From: Eledone cirrhosa
Lineage: Eukaryota
Length of the DNA: 64,000 nucleotides
NCBI GenBank assembly: GCA_964016885.1
Contig: OZ024741.1
Coordinates: 244,280,001-244,344,000 of the forward strand
Direction: 5' to 3'
Positions within the stretch are counted from its first letter, which is position 1, and the number at the start of each line of letters is the position of its first letter. Below are positions 13,401 to 27,942 of the stretch, in pieces. The translations under genes were made by a program, and so were the position numbers. Under the pieces are notes generated by a model, which saw only the letters and a list, made by a program, of their open reading frames with translations, was not told where the DNA came from and did not search any database.

Positions 13401-16400
13401 GCCGGGCCACGATCGAAAAGGTAACTCCGCCGGCAAATCCGCATTTTTGTGATTCGTTTCTTCGAAGCACACCATTCGCCGCCGGACTTCAGCTTCCTCA
13501 TTTAGCATGGGCAGCTTTTCTTGAAAATCACACCACACACAGCAAATCTGTGTCTGCACATTTACCAATAATTACAGATCGATCCGACCACGGGCAGCCG
13601 GCCCACGATCGAGAAAAAGGTAACTCCGCCGGCAAATAGTCATTTTTGTGATTCGTTTTCTTCGAAGCACACCATTCGCCGCCGGACTTCAGCTTCCTCA
13701 TTTAGCATGGGCAGCTTTTCTTGAAAATCACACCACACACAGAAAATGTGTGTCTGCACAGGTACCAGTAATTACAGATCGATCCGAACACGGGCGGCCG
13801 GCCCACGGTCGAAAAGGTAACTCCGCCGGCAAATCCGCATTTTTGTGATTCGTTTCTTCGAAGCACACCATTCGCCGCCGGACTTCAGCTTCCTCATTTA
13901 GCATGGGCAGCTTTTCTTGAAAATCACACCACACACAGCAAATGTGTGTCTGCACATTTACCAGTAATTACAGATCGATCCGACCACGGGCGGCCGGCCC
14001 ACGATTGAAAAGGTAACTCCGCCGGCAAATCCGCATTTTTGTGATTCGTTTCTTCGAAGCACACCATTCGCCGCCGGACTTCAGCTTACTCATTTAGCAT
14101 GGGCAGCGTTTCTTGAAAATCACACCACACACAGCCAATGAGTGTGTGCACATCTACCAGTAATTACAGATCGATCCGACCACGGGCGGCCGGCCCACGA
14201 TCGAAAAGGTAACTCCGCCGGCAAATCCGCATTTTTGTGATTCGTTTCTTCGAAGCACACCATTCGCCGCCGGACTTCAGCTTCCTAATTTAGCATGGGC
14301 GGTTTTTCTTGAAAATCACACCACACACAGCAAATGTGTGTCTGCACATGTAACAGTACGTACAGATCGATCCGACCACGGGCGGCCGGCCCACATTCTA
14401 AAAGGTTACTCCGCCTGCAAATCGTCATTTTCGGATTCGTTTTCTTCGAAGCACACCATTCGCCGGCGGACTTCAGCTGCCTCATTTAACATGGGCAGTT
14501 TTTCTTGAAGTTCACACCACACACAGCCAATGAGTGTTTGCACATGTACCAGTAATTACAGATCGATCCGACCACGGGCGGCCGGCCCACGATCGAAAAA
14601 AAGGTAACTCCGCCGGCAAATAGTCATTTTTGTGATTCGTTTTCTTCGAAGCACACCATTCGCCGCCGGACTTCAGCTTCCTCATTTAGCATGGGCATCT
14701 TTTCTTGAAAATCACACCACACACAGGAAATGTGTGTCTGCACAGGTACCAGTAATTACAGATCGATCCGACCACGGGCGGCCGGCCCACGATCGAAAAG
14801 GTAACTCCGCCGGCAAATTCGCATTTTTGTGATTCGTTTCTTCGAAGCACACCATTCGCTGGTGGACTTCAGCTTCCTCATTTAGCATGGGCAGCTTTTC
14901 TTGAAAATCACACCACACACAGAAAATGTGTGTCTGCACAGCTACCAGTAATTACAGATTGATCCGACCACGGGCGGCCGGCCCACGATCGAAAAGGTAA
15001 CTCCGCCGGCAAACCGCATTTTTGTGATTCGTTTCTTCGAAGCACACCATTCGCCGCCGGACTTCAGCTTCCTCATTTAGCATGGGCAGCTTTTCTTGAA
15101 AATCACACCACACACAGCAAATGTGTGTATGCACATTTACCAGTAATTACAGATCGATCCGACCACGGGCGGCTGGCCCACGATCGAAAAGGTAACTCCG
15201 CCGGCAAATCCGCATTTTTGTGATTCGTTTCTTCGAAGCACACCATTCGCCGCCGGACTTCAGCTTCCTAATTTAGCATGGGCGGTTTTTCTTGAAAATC
15301 ACACCACACACAGAAAATGTGTGTCTGCACATGGAACAGTACGTACAGATCGATCCGACCACGGGCGGCCGGCCCACATTCGAAAAGGTTACTCCGCCTG
15401 CAAATCGTCATTTTCGGATTCGTTTTCTTCGAAGCACACCATTCGCCGGCGGACTTCAGCTGCCTCATTTAACATGGGCAGTTTTTCTTGAAGATCACAC
15501 CACACACAGCCAATGAGTGTTTGCACATGTACCAGTAATTACAGATCGATCCGACCGCGGGCGGCCGGCCCACGATCGAAAAAAAGGTAACTCCGCCGGC
15601 AAATAGTCATTTTTGTGATTCGTTTTCTTCGAAGCACACCATTCGCCGCCGGACTTCAGCTGCCTCATTTAACATGGGCAGTTTTTCTTGAAGATCACAC
15701 CACACACAGCAAATGTGTGTTTGCACAGGTACCAGTAATTACAGATCGATCCGACCACGGGCGGCCGGGCCACGATCGAAAAGGTAACTCCGCCGGCAAA
15801 TCCGCATTTTTGTGATTCGTTTCTTCGAAGCACACCATTCGCCGCCGGACTTCAGTTTCCTCATTTAGCATGGGCAGCTTTTCTTGAAAATCACACCACA
15901 CACAGCAAATCTGTGTCTGCACATTTACCAATAATTACAGATCGATCCGACCACGGGCAGCCGGCCCACGATCGAGAAAAAGGTAACTCCGCCGGCAAAT
16001 AGTCATTTTTGTGATTCGTTTTCTTCGAAGCACACCATTCGCCGCCGGACTTCAGCTTCCTCATTTAGCATGGGCAGCTTTTCTTGAAAATCACACCACA
16101 CACAGAAAATGTGTGTCTGCACAGGTACCAGTAATTACAGATCGATCCGACCACGGGCGGCCGGCCCACGGTCGAAAAGGTAACTCCGCCGGCAAATCCG
16201 CATTTTTGTGATTCGTTTCTTCGAAGCACACCATTCGCCGCCGGACTTCAGCTTCCTCATTTAGCATGGGCAGCTTTTCTTGAAAATCACACCACACACA
16301 GCAAATGTGTGTCTGCACATTTACCAGTAATTACAGATCGATCCGACCACGGGCGGCCGGCCCACGATTGAAAAGGTAACTCCGCCGGCAAATCCGCATT

Positions 16401-17700
16401 TTTGTGATTCGTTTCTTCGAAGCACACCATTCGCCGCCGGACTTCAGCTTCCTCATTTAGCATGGGCAGCTTTTCTTGAAAATCACACCACACACAGCCA
16501 ATGAGTGTCTGCACATCTACCAGTAATTACAGATCGATCCGACCACGAGCGGCCGGCCCACGATCGAAAAGGTAACTCCGCCGGCAAATCCGCATTTTTG
16601 TGATTCGTTTCTTCGAAGCACACCATTCGCCGCCGGACTTCAGCTTCCTAATTTAGCATGGGCGGTTTTTCTTGAAAATCACACCACACACAGCAAATGT
16701 GTGTCTGCACATGTAACAGTACGTACAGATCGATCCGACCACGGGCGGCCGGCCCACATTCTAAAAGGTTACTCCGCCTGCAAATCGTCATTTTCGGATT
16801 CGTTTTCTTCGAAGCACACCATTCGCCGGCGGACTTCAGCTGCCTCATTTAACATGGGCAGTTTTTCTTGAAGTTCACACCACACACAGCCAATGAGTGT
16901 TTGCACATGTACCAGTAATTACAGATCGATCCGACCACGGGCGGCCGGCCCACGATCGAAAAAAAGGTAACTCCGCCGGCAAATAGTCATTTTTGTGATT
17001 CGTTTTCTTCGAAGCACACCATTCGCCGCCGGACTTCAGCTTCCTCATTTAGCATGGGCATCTTTTCTTGAAAATCACACCACACACAGGAAATGTGTGT
17101 CTGCACAGGTACCAGTAATTACAGATCGATCCGACCACGGGCGGCCGGCCCACGATCGAAAAGGTAACTCCGCCGGCAAATTCGCATTTTTTGATTCGTT
17201 TCTTCGAAGCACACCATTCGCTGGTGGACTTCAGCTTCCTCATTTAGCATGGGCAGCTTTTCTTGAAAATCACACCACACACAGAAAATGTGTGTCTGCA
17301 CAGCTACCAGTAATTACAGATTGATCCGACCACGGGCGGCCGGCCCACGATCGAAAAGGTAACTCCGCCGGCAAATCCGCATTTTTGTGATTCGTTTCTT
17401 CGAAGCACACCATTCGCCGCCGGACTTCAGCTTCCTAATTTAGCATGGGCGGTTTTTCTTGAAAATCACACCACACACAGAGAATGTGTGTCTGCACATG
17501 GAACAGTACGTACAGATCGATCCGACCACGGGCGGCCGGCCCACATTCGAAAAGGTTACTCCGCCTGCAAATCGTCATTTTCGGATTCGTTTTCTTCGAA
17601 GCACACCATTCGCCGGCGGACTTCAGCTGCCTCATTTAACATGGGCAGTTTTTCTTGAAGATCACACCACACACAGCCAATGAGGGTTTGCACATGTACC
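1481..17700. repeat. Higher-order repeat domain of SatA (modal 12-mer of ~2364 bp; 9-, 10-, 11- and 15-mer variants)
   Basis: The marker CATGGAACAGTACGTACAG lies at ~1543, 3315, 5679, 7651, 10015, 12967, 15330 and 17497. Spacings are 1772, 2364, 1972, 2364, 2952, 2363 and 2167 bp. Confidence 0.9.
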
Positions 17701-20700
17701 AGTAATTACAGATCGATCCGACCGCGGGCGGCCGGCCCACGATCGAAAAAAAGGTAACTCCGCCGGCAAATAGTCATTTTTGTGATTCGTTTTCTTCGAA
17801 GCACACCATTCGCCGCCGGACTTCAGCTGCCTCATTTAACATGGGCAGTTTTTCTTGAAGATCACACCACACACAGCAAATGTGTGTCTGCACAGGTACC
17901 AGTAATTACAGATCGATCCGACCACGGGCGGCCGGGCCACGATCGAAAAGGTAACTCCGCCGGCAAATCCGCATTTTTGTGATTCGTTTCTTCGAAGCAC
18001 ACCATTCGCCGCCGGACTTCAGCTTCCTCATTTAGCATGGGCAGCTTTTCTTGAAAATCACACCACACACAGCAAATCTGTGTCTGCACATTTACCAGTA
18101 ATTACAGATCGATCCGACCACGGGCGGCCGGCCCACGATCGAAAAGGTAACTCCGCCGGCAAATCCTAATTTTTGTGATTCGTTTCTTCGAAGCACACCA
18201 TTCGCCGCCGGACTTCAGCTTCCTCATTTAGCATGGGCAGCTTTTCTCGAAGATCACACCACACACAGCCAATGAGTGTTTGCACATGTACCAGTAATTA
18301 CAGATCGATCCGACAACGGGCAGCCGGCCCACGATCGAGAAAAATGTAACTCCGCCGGCAAATAGTCATTTTTGTGATTCGTTTTCTTCGAAGCACACCA
18401 TTCGCCGCCGGACTTCAGCTGCCTCATTTAACATGGGCAGTTTTTCTTGAAGATCACACCACACACAGCCAATGAGTGTTTGCACATGTACCAGTAATTA
18501 CAGATCGATCCGACCACGGGCGGCCGGCCCACGATCGAGAAAAAGGTAACTCCGCCAGCAAATAGTCATTTTTGTGATTCGTTTTCTTCGAAGCACACCA
18601 TTCGCCGCCGGACTTCAGCTGCCTCATTTAACATGGGCAGTTTTTCTTGAAGATCACACCACACACAGCAGATGTGTGTCTGCACAGGTACCAGTAATTA
18701 CAGATCGATCCGACCACGGGCGGCCGGGCCACGATCGAAAAGGTAACTCCGCCGGCAAATCCGCATTTTTGTGATTCGTTTCTTCGAAGCACACCATTCG
18801 CCGCCGGACTTCAGCTTCCTCATTTAGCATGGGCAGCTTTTCTTGAAAATCACACCACACACAGCAAATCTGTGTCTGCACATTTACCAGTAATTACAGA
18901 TCGATCCGACCACGGGCAGCCGGCCCACGATTAAAAAGGTAACTCCGCCGGCAAATCCGCATTTTTGTGATTCGTTTTCTTCGAAGCACACCATTCGCCG
19001 CCGGACTTCAGCTGCCTCATTTAACATGGGCAGTTTTTCTTGAAGATCACACCACACACAGCCAATGAGTGTTTGCACATGTACCAGTAATTACAGATCG
19101 ATCCGACCACGGGCGGCCGGCCCACGATCGAGAAAAAGGTAACTCCGCCAGCAAATAGTCATTTTTGTGATTCGTTTTCTTCGAAGCACACCATTCGCCG
19201 CCGGACTTCAGCTTCCTCATTTAGCATGGGCAGCTTTTCTTGAAAATCACACCACACACAGCAAATTTGTCTCTGCATATGTACCAGTAATTACAGATCG
19301 ATCCGACCACGGGCGGCCGGCCCACGATCGAAAAGGTAACTCCGCCGGCAAATCCTAATTTTTGTGATTCGTTTCTTCGAAGCACACCATTCGCCGCCGG
19401 ACTTCAGCTTCCTCATTTAGCATGGGCAGCTTTTCTCGAAGATCACACCACACACAGCCAATGAGTGTTTGCACATGTACCAGTAATTACAGATCGATCC
19501 GACCACGGGCGGCCGGCCCACGATCGAGAAAAAGGTAACTCCGCCGGCAAATAGTCATTTTTGTGATTCGTTTTCTTCGAAGCACACCATTCGCCGCCGG
19601 ACTTCAGCTTCCTCATTTAGCATGGGCAGCTTTTCTTGAAAATCACACCACACACAGCAAATGTGTGTCTGCACATGTACCAGTAATTACAGATCGATCC
19701 GACCACGGGCGGCCGGCCTACGATCGAAAAGGTAACTCCGCCGGCAAATCCTAATTTTTGTGATTCGTTTCTTCGAAGCACACCATTCGCCGCCGGACTT
19801 CAGCTGCCTCATTTAGCATGGGCAGCTTTTCTTGAAAATCACACCACACACAGCAAATGTGTGTCGGCACATTTGCCAGTAATTACAGATCGATCCGACC
19901 CCGGACGGCCGGCCCACGATCGAAAAGGTAACTCCGCCGGCAAATCCGCATTTTTGTGATTCGTTTCTTCGAAGCACACCATTCGCCGCCAGACTTCAGC
20001 TTCCTCATTTAGCATGGGCAGCTTTTCTTGAAAATCACACCACACACAGCAAATGTGTGTTTGCATATGTACCAGTAATTACAGATCGATCCGACCACGG
20101 GCGGCCGGTCCACGATCGAAAATGTTACTCCGCCGGCAAATCCGCATTTTCGGATTCGTTTTCTTCGAAGCACACCATTCGCCGGCGGACTTCAGCTGCC
20201 TCATTTAGCATGGGCAGCTTTTCTTGAAAATCACACCACACACAGCAAATGTGTGTCTGCACATGTACCAGTACGTACAGATCGATCCGACCACGGGCGG
20301 CCGGCCCACATTCAAAAAGGTTACTCCGCCTGCAAATCGTCATTTTCGGATTCGTTTTCTTCGAAGCACACCATTCGCCGGCGGACTTCACCTGCCTCAT
20401 TTAGCATAGGCAGCTTTTCTTGAAAATCACACCACACACAGCAAATGTGTCTCTGCACATGTACTAGTAATTACAGATCGATCCGACCACGGGCCACCGG
20501 CCCACGATCGAAAAGGTAACTCCGGCGGCAAATTCGCATTTTTGTGATTCGTTTCTTCGAAGCACACCATTCGCTGGTGAACTTCAGCTTCCTCATTTAG
20601 CATGGGCAGCTTTTCTTGAAAATCACACCACACACAGGAAATGTGTGTCTGCATATGTACCAGTAATTACACATCGATCCGACCACGGGCGGCCGGCCCA

Positions 20701-23700
20701 GGATCGAAAAGGTAACTCCAGCGGCAAATACGCATTTTTGTGATTCGTTTCTTCGAAGCCACCATTCGCTGGTGGACTTCAGCTTCCTCATTTAGCATGG
20801 GCAGCTTTTCTTGAAAATCACACCACACTCAGCAAATGTATGTCTGCACATGTACCAGTAATGACAGATCGATCCGAGCACGGGCGGCCTGCCCACGATC
20901 GAAAAGGTAACTCCGCCGGCAAATTCGCATTTTTGTGATTCGTTTCTTCGAAGCACACCATTCGCTGGTGGACTTCAGCTTCCTCATTTAGCATGGGCAG
21001 CTTTTCTTGAAAATCACACCACACTCAGCAAATGTGTCTCTGCACATGTACCAGTACGTACAGATCGATCCGACCACGGGCGGCCGGCCCACATTCGAAA
21101 AGGTTACTCCGCCTGCAAATCGTCATTTTCGGATTCGTTTTCTTCGAAGCACACCATTCGCCGGCGGACTTCAGCTGCCTCATTTAACATGGGCAGTTTT
21201 TCTTGAAGATCACACCACACACCGCCAATGAGTGTTTGCACATGTACCAGTAATTACAGATCGATCCGACCACGGGCGGCCGGCCCACGATCGAGAAAAA
21301 GGTAACTCCGCCGGCAAATAGTCATTTTTGTGATTCGTTTTCTTCGAAGCACACCATTCGCCGCCGGACTTCAGCTTCCTCATTTAGCATGGGCATCTTT
21401 TCTTTAAAATCACACCACACACAGAAAATGTGTGTCTGCACAGGTACCAGTAATTACAGATCGATCCGACCACGGGCGGCCGGCCCACGATCGAAAAGGT
21501 AACTCCGCCGGCAAATCCGCATTTTTGTGATTCGTTTCTTCGAAGCACACCATTCGCCGCCGGACTTCAGCTTCCTCATTTAGCATGGGCAGCTTTTCTT
21601 GAAAATCACACCACACACAGCAAATGTGTGTCTGCACATGTACCAGTAATTACAGATCGATCCGACCACGGGCGGCCGGCCTACGATCGAAAAGGTAACT
21701 CCGCCGGCAAATCCTAATTTTTGTGATTCGTTTCTTCGAAGCACACCATTCGCCGCCGGACTTCAGCTGCCTCATTTAGCATGGGCAGCTTTTCTTGAAA
21801 ATCACACCACACACAGCAAATGTGTGTCGGCACATTTGCCAGTAATTACAGATCGATCCGACCCCGGACGGCCGGCCCACGATCGAAAAGGTAACTCCGC
21901 CGGCAAATCCGCATTTTTGTGATTCGTTTCTTCGAAGCACACCATTCGCCGCCAGACTTCAGCTGCCTCATTTAACATGGGCAGTTTTTCTTGAAGATCA
22001 CACCACACACAGCAAATGTGTGTTTGCACAGGTACCAGTAATTACAGATCGATCCGACCACGGGCGGCCGGGCCACGATCGAAAAGGTAACTCCGCCGGC
22101 AAATCCGCATTTTTGTGATTCGTTTCTTCGAAGCACACCATTCGCCGCCGGACTTCAGTTTCCTCATTTAGCATGGGCAGCTTTTCTTGAAAATCACACC
22201 ACACACAGCAAATCTGTGTCTGCACATTTACCAATAATTACAGATCGATCCGACCACGGGCAGCCGGCCCACGATCGAGAAAAAGGTAACTCCGCCGGCA
22301 AATAGTCATTTTTGTGATTCGTTTTCTTCGAAGCACACCATTCGCCGCCGGACTTCAGCTTCCTCATTTAGCATGGGCAGCTTTTCTTGAAAATCACACC
22401 ACACACAGAAAATGTGTGTCTGCACAGGTACCAGTAATTACAGATCGATCCGACCACGGGCGGCCGGCCCACGGTCGAAAAGGTAACTCCGCCGGCAAAT
22501 CCGCATTTTTGTGATTCGTTTCTTCGAAGCACACCATTCGCCGCCGGACTTCAGCTTCCTCATTTAGCATGGGCAGCTTTTCTTGAAAATCACACCACAC
22601 ACAGCAAATGTGTGTCTGCACATTTACCAGTAATTACAGATCGATCCGACCACGGGCGGCCGGCCCACGATTGAAAAGGTAACTCCGCCGGCAAATCCGC
22701 ATTTTTGTGATTCGTTTCTTCGAAGCACACCATTCGCCGCCGGACTTCAGCTTCCTCATTTAGCATGGGCAGCTTTTCTTGAAAATCACACCACACACAG
22801 CCAATGAGTGTCTGCACATCTACCAGTAATTACAGATCGATCCGACCACGAGCGGCCGGCCCACGATCGAAAAGGTAACTCCGCCGGCAAATCCGCATTT
22901 TTGTGATTCGTTTCTTCGAAGCACACCATTCGCCGCCGGACTTCAGCTTCCTAATTTAGCATGGGCGGTTTTTCTTGAAAATCACACCACACACAGCAAA
23001 TGTGTGTCTGCACATGTAACAGTACGTACAGATCGATCCGACCACGGGCGGCCGGCCCACATTCTAAAAGGTTACTCCGCCTGCAAATCGTCATTTTCGG
23101 ATTCGTTTTCTTCGAAGCACACCATTCGCCGGCGGACTTCAGCTGCCTCATTTAACATGGGCAGTTTTTCTTGAAGTTCACACCACACACAGCCAATGAG
23201 TGTTTGCACATGTACCAGTAATTACAGATCGATCCGACCACGGGCGGCCGGCCCACGATCGAAAAAAAGGTAACTCCGCCGGCAAATAGTCATTTTTGTG
23301 ATTCGTTTTCTTCGAAGCACACCATTCGCCGCCGGACTTCAGCTTCCTCATTTAGCATGGGCATCTTTTCTTGAAAATCACACCACACACAGGAAATGTG
23401 TGTCTGCACAGGTACCAGTAATTACAGATCGATCCGACCACGGGCGGCCGGCCCACGATCGAAAAGGTAACTCCGCCGGCAAATTCGCATTTTTTGATTC
23501 GTTTCTTCGAAGCACACCATTCGCTGGTGGACTTCAGCTTCCTCATTTAGCTTGGGCAGCTTTTCTTGAAAATCACACCACACACAGAAAATGTGTGTCT
23601 GCACAGCTACCAGTAATTACAGATTGATCCGACCACGGGCGGCCGGCCCACGATCGAAAAGGTAACTCCGCCGGCAAATCCGCATTTTTGTGATTCGTTT

Positions 23701-26700
23701 CTTCGAAGCACACCATTCGCCGCCGGACTTCAGCTTCCTAATTTAGCATGGGCGGTTTTTCTTGAAAATCACACCACACACAGAGAATGTGTGTCTGCAC
23801 ATGGAACAGTACGTACAGATCGATCCGACCACGGGCGGCCGGCCCACATTCGAAAAGGTTACTCCGCCTGCAAATCGTCATTTTCGGATTCGTTTTCTTC
23901 GAAGCACACCATTCGCCGGCGGACTTCAGCTGCCTCATTTAACATGGGCAGTTTTTCTTGAAGATCACACCACACACAGCCAATGAGGGTTTGCACATGT
24001 ACCAGTAATTACAGATCGATCCGACCGCGGGCGGCCGGCCCACGATCGAAAAAAAGGTAACTCCGCCGGCAAATAGTCATTTTTGTGATTCGTTTTCTTC
24101 GAAGCACACCATTCGCCGCCGGACTTCAGCTGCCTCATTTAACATGGGCAGTTTTTCTTGAAGATCACACCACACACAGCAAATGTGTGTCTGCACAGGT
24201 ACCAGTAATTACAGATCGATCCGACCACGGGCGGCCGGGCCACGATCGAAAAGGTAACTCCGCCGGCAAATCCGCATTTTTGTGATTCGTTTCTTCGAAG
24301 CACACCATTCGCCGCCGGACTTCAGCTTCCTCATTTAGCATGGGCAGCTTTTCTTGAAAATCACACCACACACAGCAAATCTGTGTCTGCACATTTACCA
24401 GTAATTACAGATCGATCCGACCACGGGCGGCCGGCCCACGATCGAAAAGGTAACTCCGCCGGCAAATCCTAATTTTTGTGATTCGTTTCTTCGAAGCACA
24501 CCATTCGCCGCCGGACTTCAGCTTCCTCATTTAGCATGGGCAGCTTTTCTCGAAGATCAGACCACACACAGCCAATGAGTGTTTGCACATGTACCAGTAA
24601 TTACAGATCGATCCGACAACGGGCAGCCGGCCCACGATCGAGAAAAATGTAACTCCGCCGGCAAATAGTCATTTTTGTGATTCGTTTTCTTCGAAGCACA
24701 CCATTCGCCGCCGGACTTCAGCTGCCTCATTTAACATGGGCAGTTTTTCTTGAAGATCACACCACACACAGCCAATGAGTGTTTGCACATGTACCAGTAA
24801 TTACAGATCGATCCGACCACGGGCGGCCGGCCCACGATCGAGAAAAAGGTAACTCCGCCAGCAAATAGTCATTTTTGTGATTCGTTTTCTTCGAAGCACA
24901 CCATTCGCCGCCGGACTTCAGCTGCCTCATTTAACATGGGCAGTTTTTCTTGAAGATCACACCACACACAGCAGATGTGTGTCTGCACAGGTACCAGTAA
25001 TTACAGATCGATCCGACCACGGGCGGCCGGGCCACGATCGAAAAGGTAACTCCGCCGGCAAATCCGCATTTTTGTGATTCGTTTCTTCGAAGCACACCAT
25101 TCGCCGCCGGACTTCAGCTTCCTCATTTAGCATGGGCAGCTTTTCTTGAAAATCACACCACACACAGCAAATCTGTGTCTGCACATTTACCAGTAATTAC
25201 AGATCGATCCGACCACGGGCAGCCGGCCCACGATTAAAAAGGTAACTCCGCCGGCAAATCCGCATTTTTGTGATTCGTTTTCTTCGAAGCACACCATTCG
25301 CCGCCGGACTTCAGCTGCCTCATTTAACATGGGCAGTTTTTCTTGAAGATCACACCACACACAGCCAATGAGTGTTTGCACATGTACCAGTAATTACAGA
25401 TCGATCCGACCACGGGCGGCCGGCCCACGATCGAGAAAAAGGTAACTCCGCCAGCAAATAGTCATTTTTGTGATTCGTTTTCTTCGAAGCACACCATTCG
25501 CCGCCGGACTTCAGCTTCCTCATTTAGCATGGGCAGCTTTTCTTGAAAATCACACCACACACAGCAAATTTGTCTCTGCATATGTACCAGTAATTACAGA
25601 TCGATCCGACCACGGGCGGCCGGCCCACGATCGAAAAGGTAACTCCGCCGGCAAATCCTAATTTTTGTGATTCGTTTCTTCGAAGCACACCATTCGCCGC
25701 CGGACTTCAGCTTCCTCATTTAGCATGGGCAGCTTTTCTCGAAGATCACACCACACACAGCCAATGAGTGTTTGCACATGTACCAGTAATTACAGATCGA
25801 TCCGACCACGGGCGGCCGGCCCACGATCGAGAAAAAGGTAACTCCGCCGGCAAATAGTCATTTTTGTGATTCGTTTTCTTCGAAGCACACCATTCGCCGC
25901 CGGACTTCAGCTTCCTCATTTAGCATGGGCAGCTTTTCTTGAAAATCACACCACACACAGCAAATGTGTGTCTGCACATGTACCAGTAATTACAGATCGA
26001 TCCGACCACGGGCGGCCGGCCTACGATCGAAAAGGTAACTCCGCCGGCAAATCCTAATTTTTGTGATTCGTTTCTTCGAAGCACACCATTCGCCGCCGGA
26101 CTTCAGCTGCCTCATTTAGCATGGGCAGCTTTTCTTGAAAATCACACCACACACAGCAAATGTGTGTCGGCACATTTGCCAGTAATTACAGATCGATCCG
26201 ACCCCGGACGGCCGGCCCACGATCGAAAAGGTAACTCCGCCGGCAAATCCGCATTTTTGTGATTCGTTTCTTCGAAGCACACCATTCGCCGCCAGACTTC
26301 AGCTTCCTCATTTAGCATGGGCAGCTTTTCTTGAAAATCACACCACACACAGCAAATGTGTGTTTGCATATGTACCAGTAATTACAGATCGATCCGACCA
26401 CGGGCGGCCGGTCCACGATCGAAAATGTTACTCCGCCGGCAAATCCGCATTTTCGGATTCGTTTTCTTCGAAGCACACCATTCGCCGGCGGACTTCAGCT
26501 GCCTCATTTAGCATGGGCAGCTTTTCTTGAAAATCACACCACACACAGCAAATGTGTGTCTGCACATGTACCAGTACGTACAGATCGATCCGACCACGGG
26601 CGGCCGGCCCACATTCAAAAAGGTTACTCCGCCTGCAAATCGTCATTTTCGGATTCGTTTTCTTCGAAGCACACCATTCGCCGGCGGACTTCACCTGCCT

Positions 26701-27942
26701 CATTTAGCATAGGCAGCTTTTCTTGAAAATCACACCACACACAGCAAATGTGTCTCTGCACATGTACTAGTAATTACAGATCGATCCGACCACGGGCCAC
26801 CGGCCCACGATCGAAAAGGTAACTCCGGCGGCAAATTCGCATTTTTGTGATTCGTTTCTTCGAAGCACACCATTCGCTGGTGAACTTCAGCTTCCTCATT
26901 TAGCATGGGCAGCTTTTCTTGAAAATCACACCACACACAGGAAATGTGTGTCTGCATATGTACCAGTAATTACACATCGATCCGACCACGGGCGGCCGGC
27001 CCAGGATCGAAAAGGTAACTCCAGCGGCAAATACGCATTTTTGTGATTCGTTTCTTCGAAGCCACCATTCGCTGGTGGACTTCAGCTTCCTCATTTAGCA
27101 TGGGCAGCTTTTCTTGAAAATCACACCACACTCAGCAAATGTATGTCTGCACATGTACCAGTAATGACAGATCGATCCGAGCACGGGCGGCCTGCCCACG
27201 ATCGAAAAGGTAACTCCGCCGGCAAATTCGCATTTTTGTGATTCGTTTCTTCGAAGCACACCATTCGCTGGTGGACTTCAGCTTCCTCATTTAGCATGGG
27301 CAGCTTTTCTTGAAAATCACACCACACTCAGCAAATGTGTCTCTGCACATGTACCAGTACGTACAGATCGATCCGACCACGGGCGGCCGGCCCACATTCG
27401 AAAAGGTTACTCCGCCTGCAAATCGTCATTTTCGGATTCGTTTTCTTCGAAGCACACCATTCGCCGGCGGACTTCAGCTGCCTCATTTAACATGGGCAGT
27501 TTTTCTTGAAGATCACACCACACACCGCCAATGAGTGTTTGCACATGTACCAGTAATTACAGATCGATCCGACCACGGGCGGCCGGCCCACGATCGAGAA
27601 AAAGGTAACTCCGCCGGCAAATAGTCATTTTTGTGATTCGTTTTCTTCGAAGCACACCATTCGCCGCCGGACTTCAGCTTCCTCATTTAGCATGGGCATC
27701 TTTTCTTTAAAATCACACCACACACAGAAAATGTGTGTCTGCACAGGTACCAGTAATTACAGATCGATCCGACCACGGGCGGCCGGCCCACGATCGAAAA
27801 GGTAACTCCGCCGGCAAATCCGCATTTTTGTGATTCGTTTCTTCGAAGCACACCATTCGCCGCCGGACTTCAGCTTCCTCATTTAGCATGGGCAGCTTTT
27901 CTTGAAAATCACACCACACACAGCAAATGTGTGTCTGCACAT
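15652..27942. repeat. Near-identical ~6.0-kb direct duplication with 6303-bp period (15652-21639 vs 21955-27942)
   Basis: Rare variants and ORFs recur at +6303 (15695/21998, 17049/23352, 18884/25187, 20125/26428, 21410/27713), including 1-bp indel variants. Confidence 0.93.
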
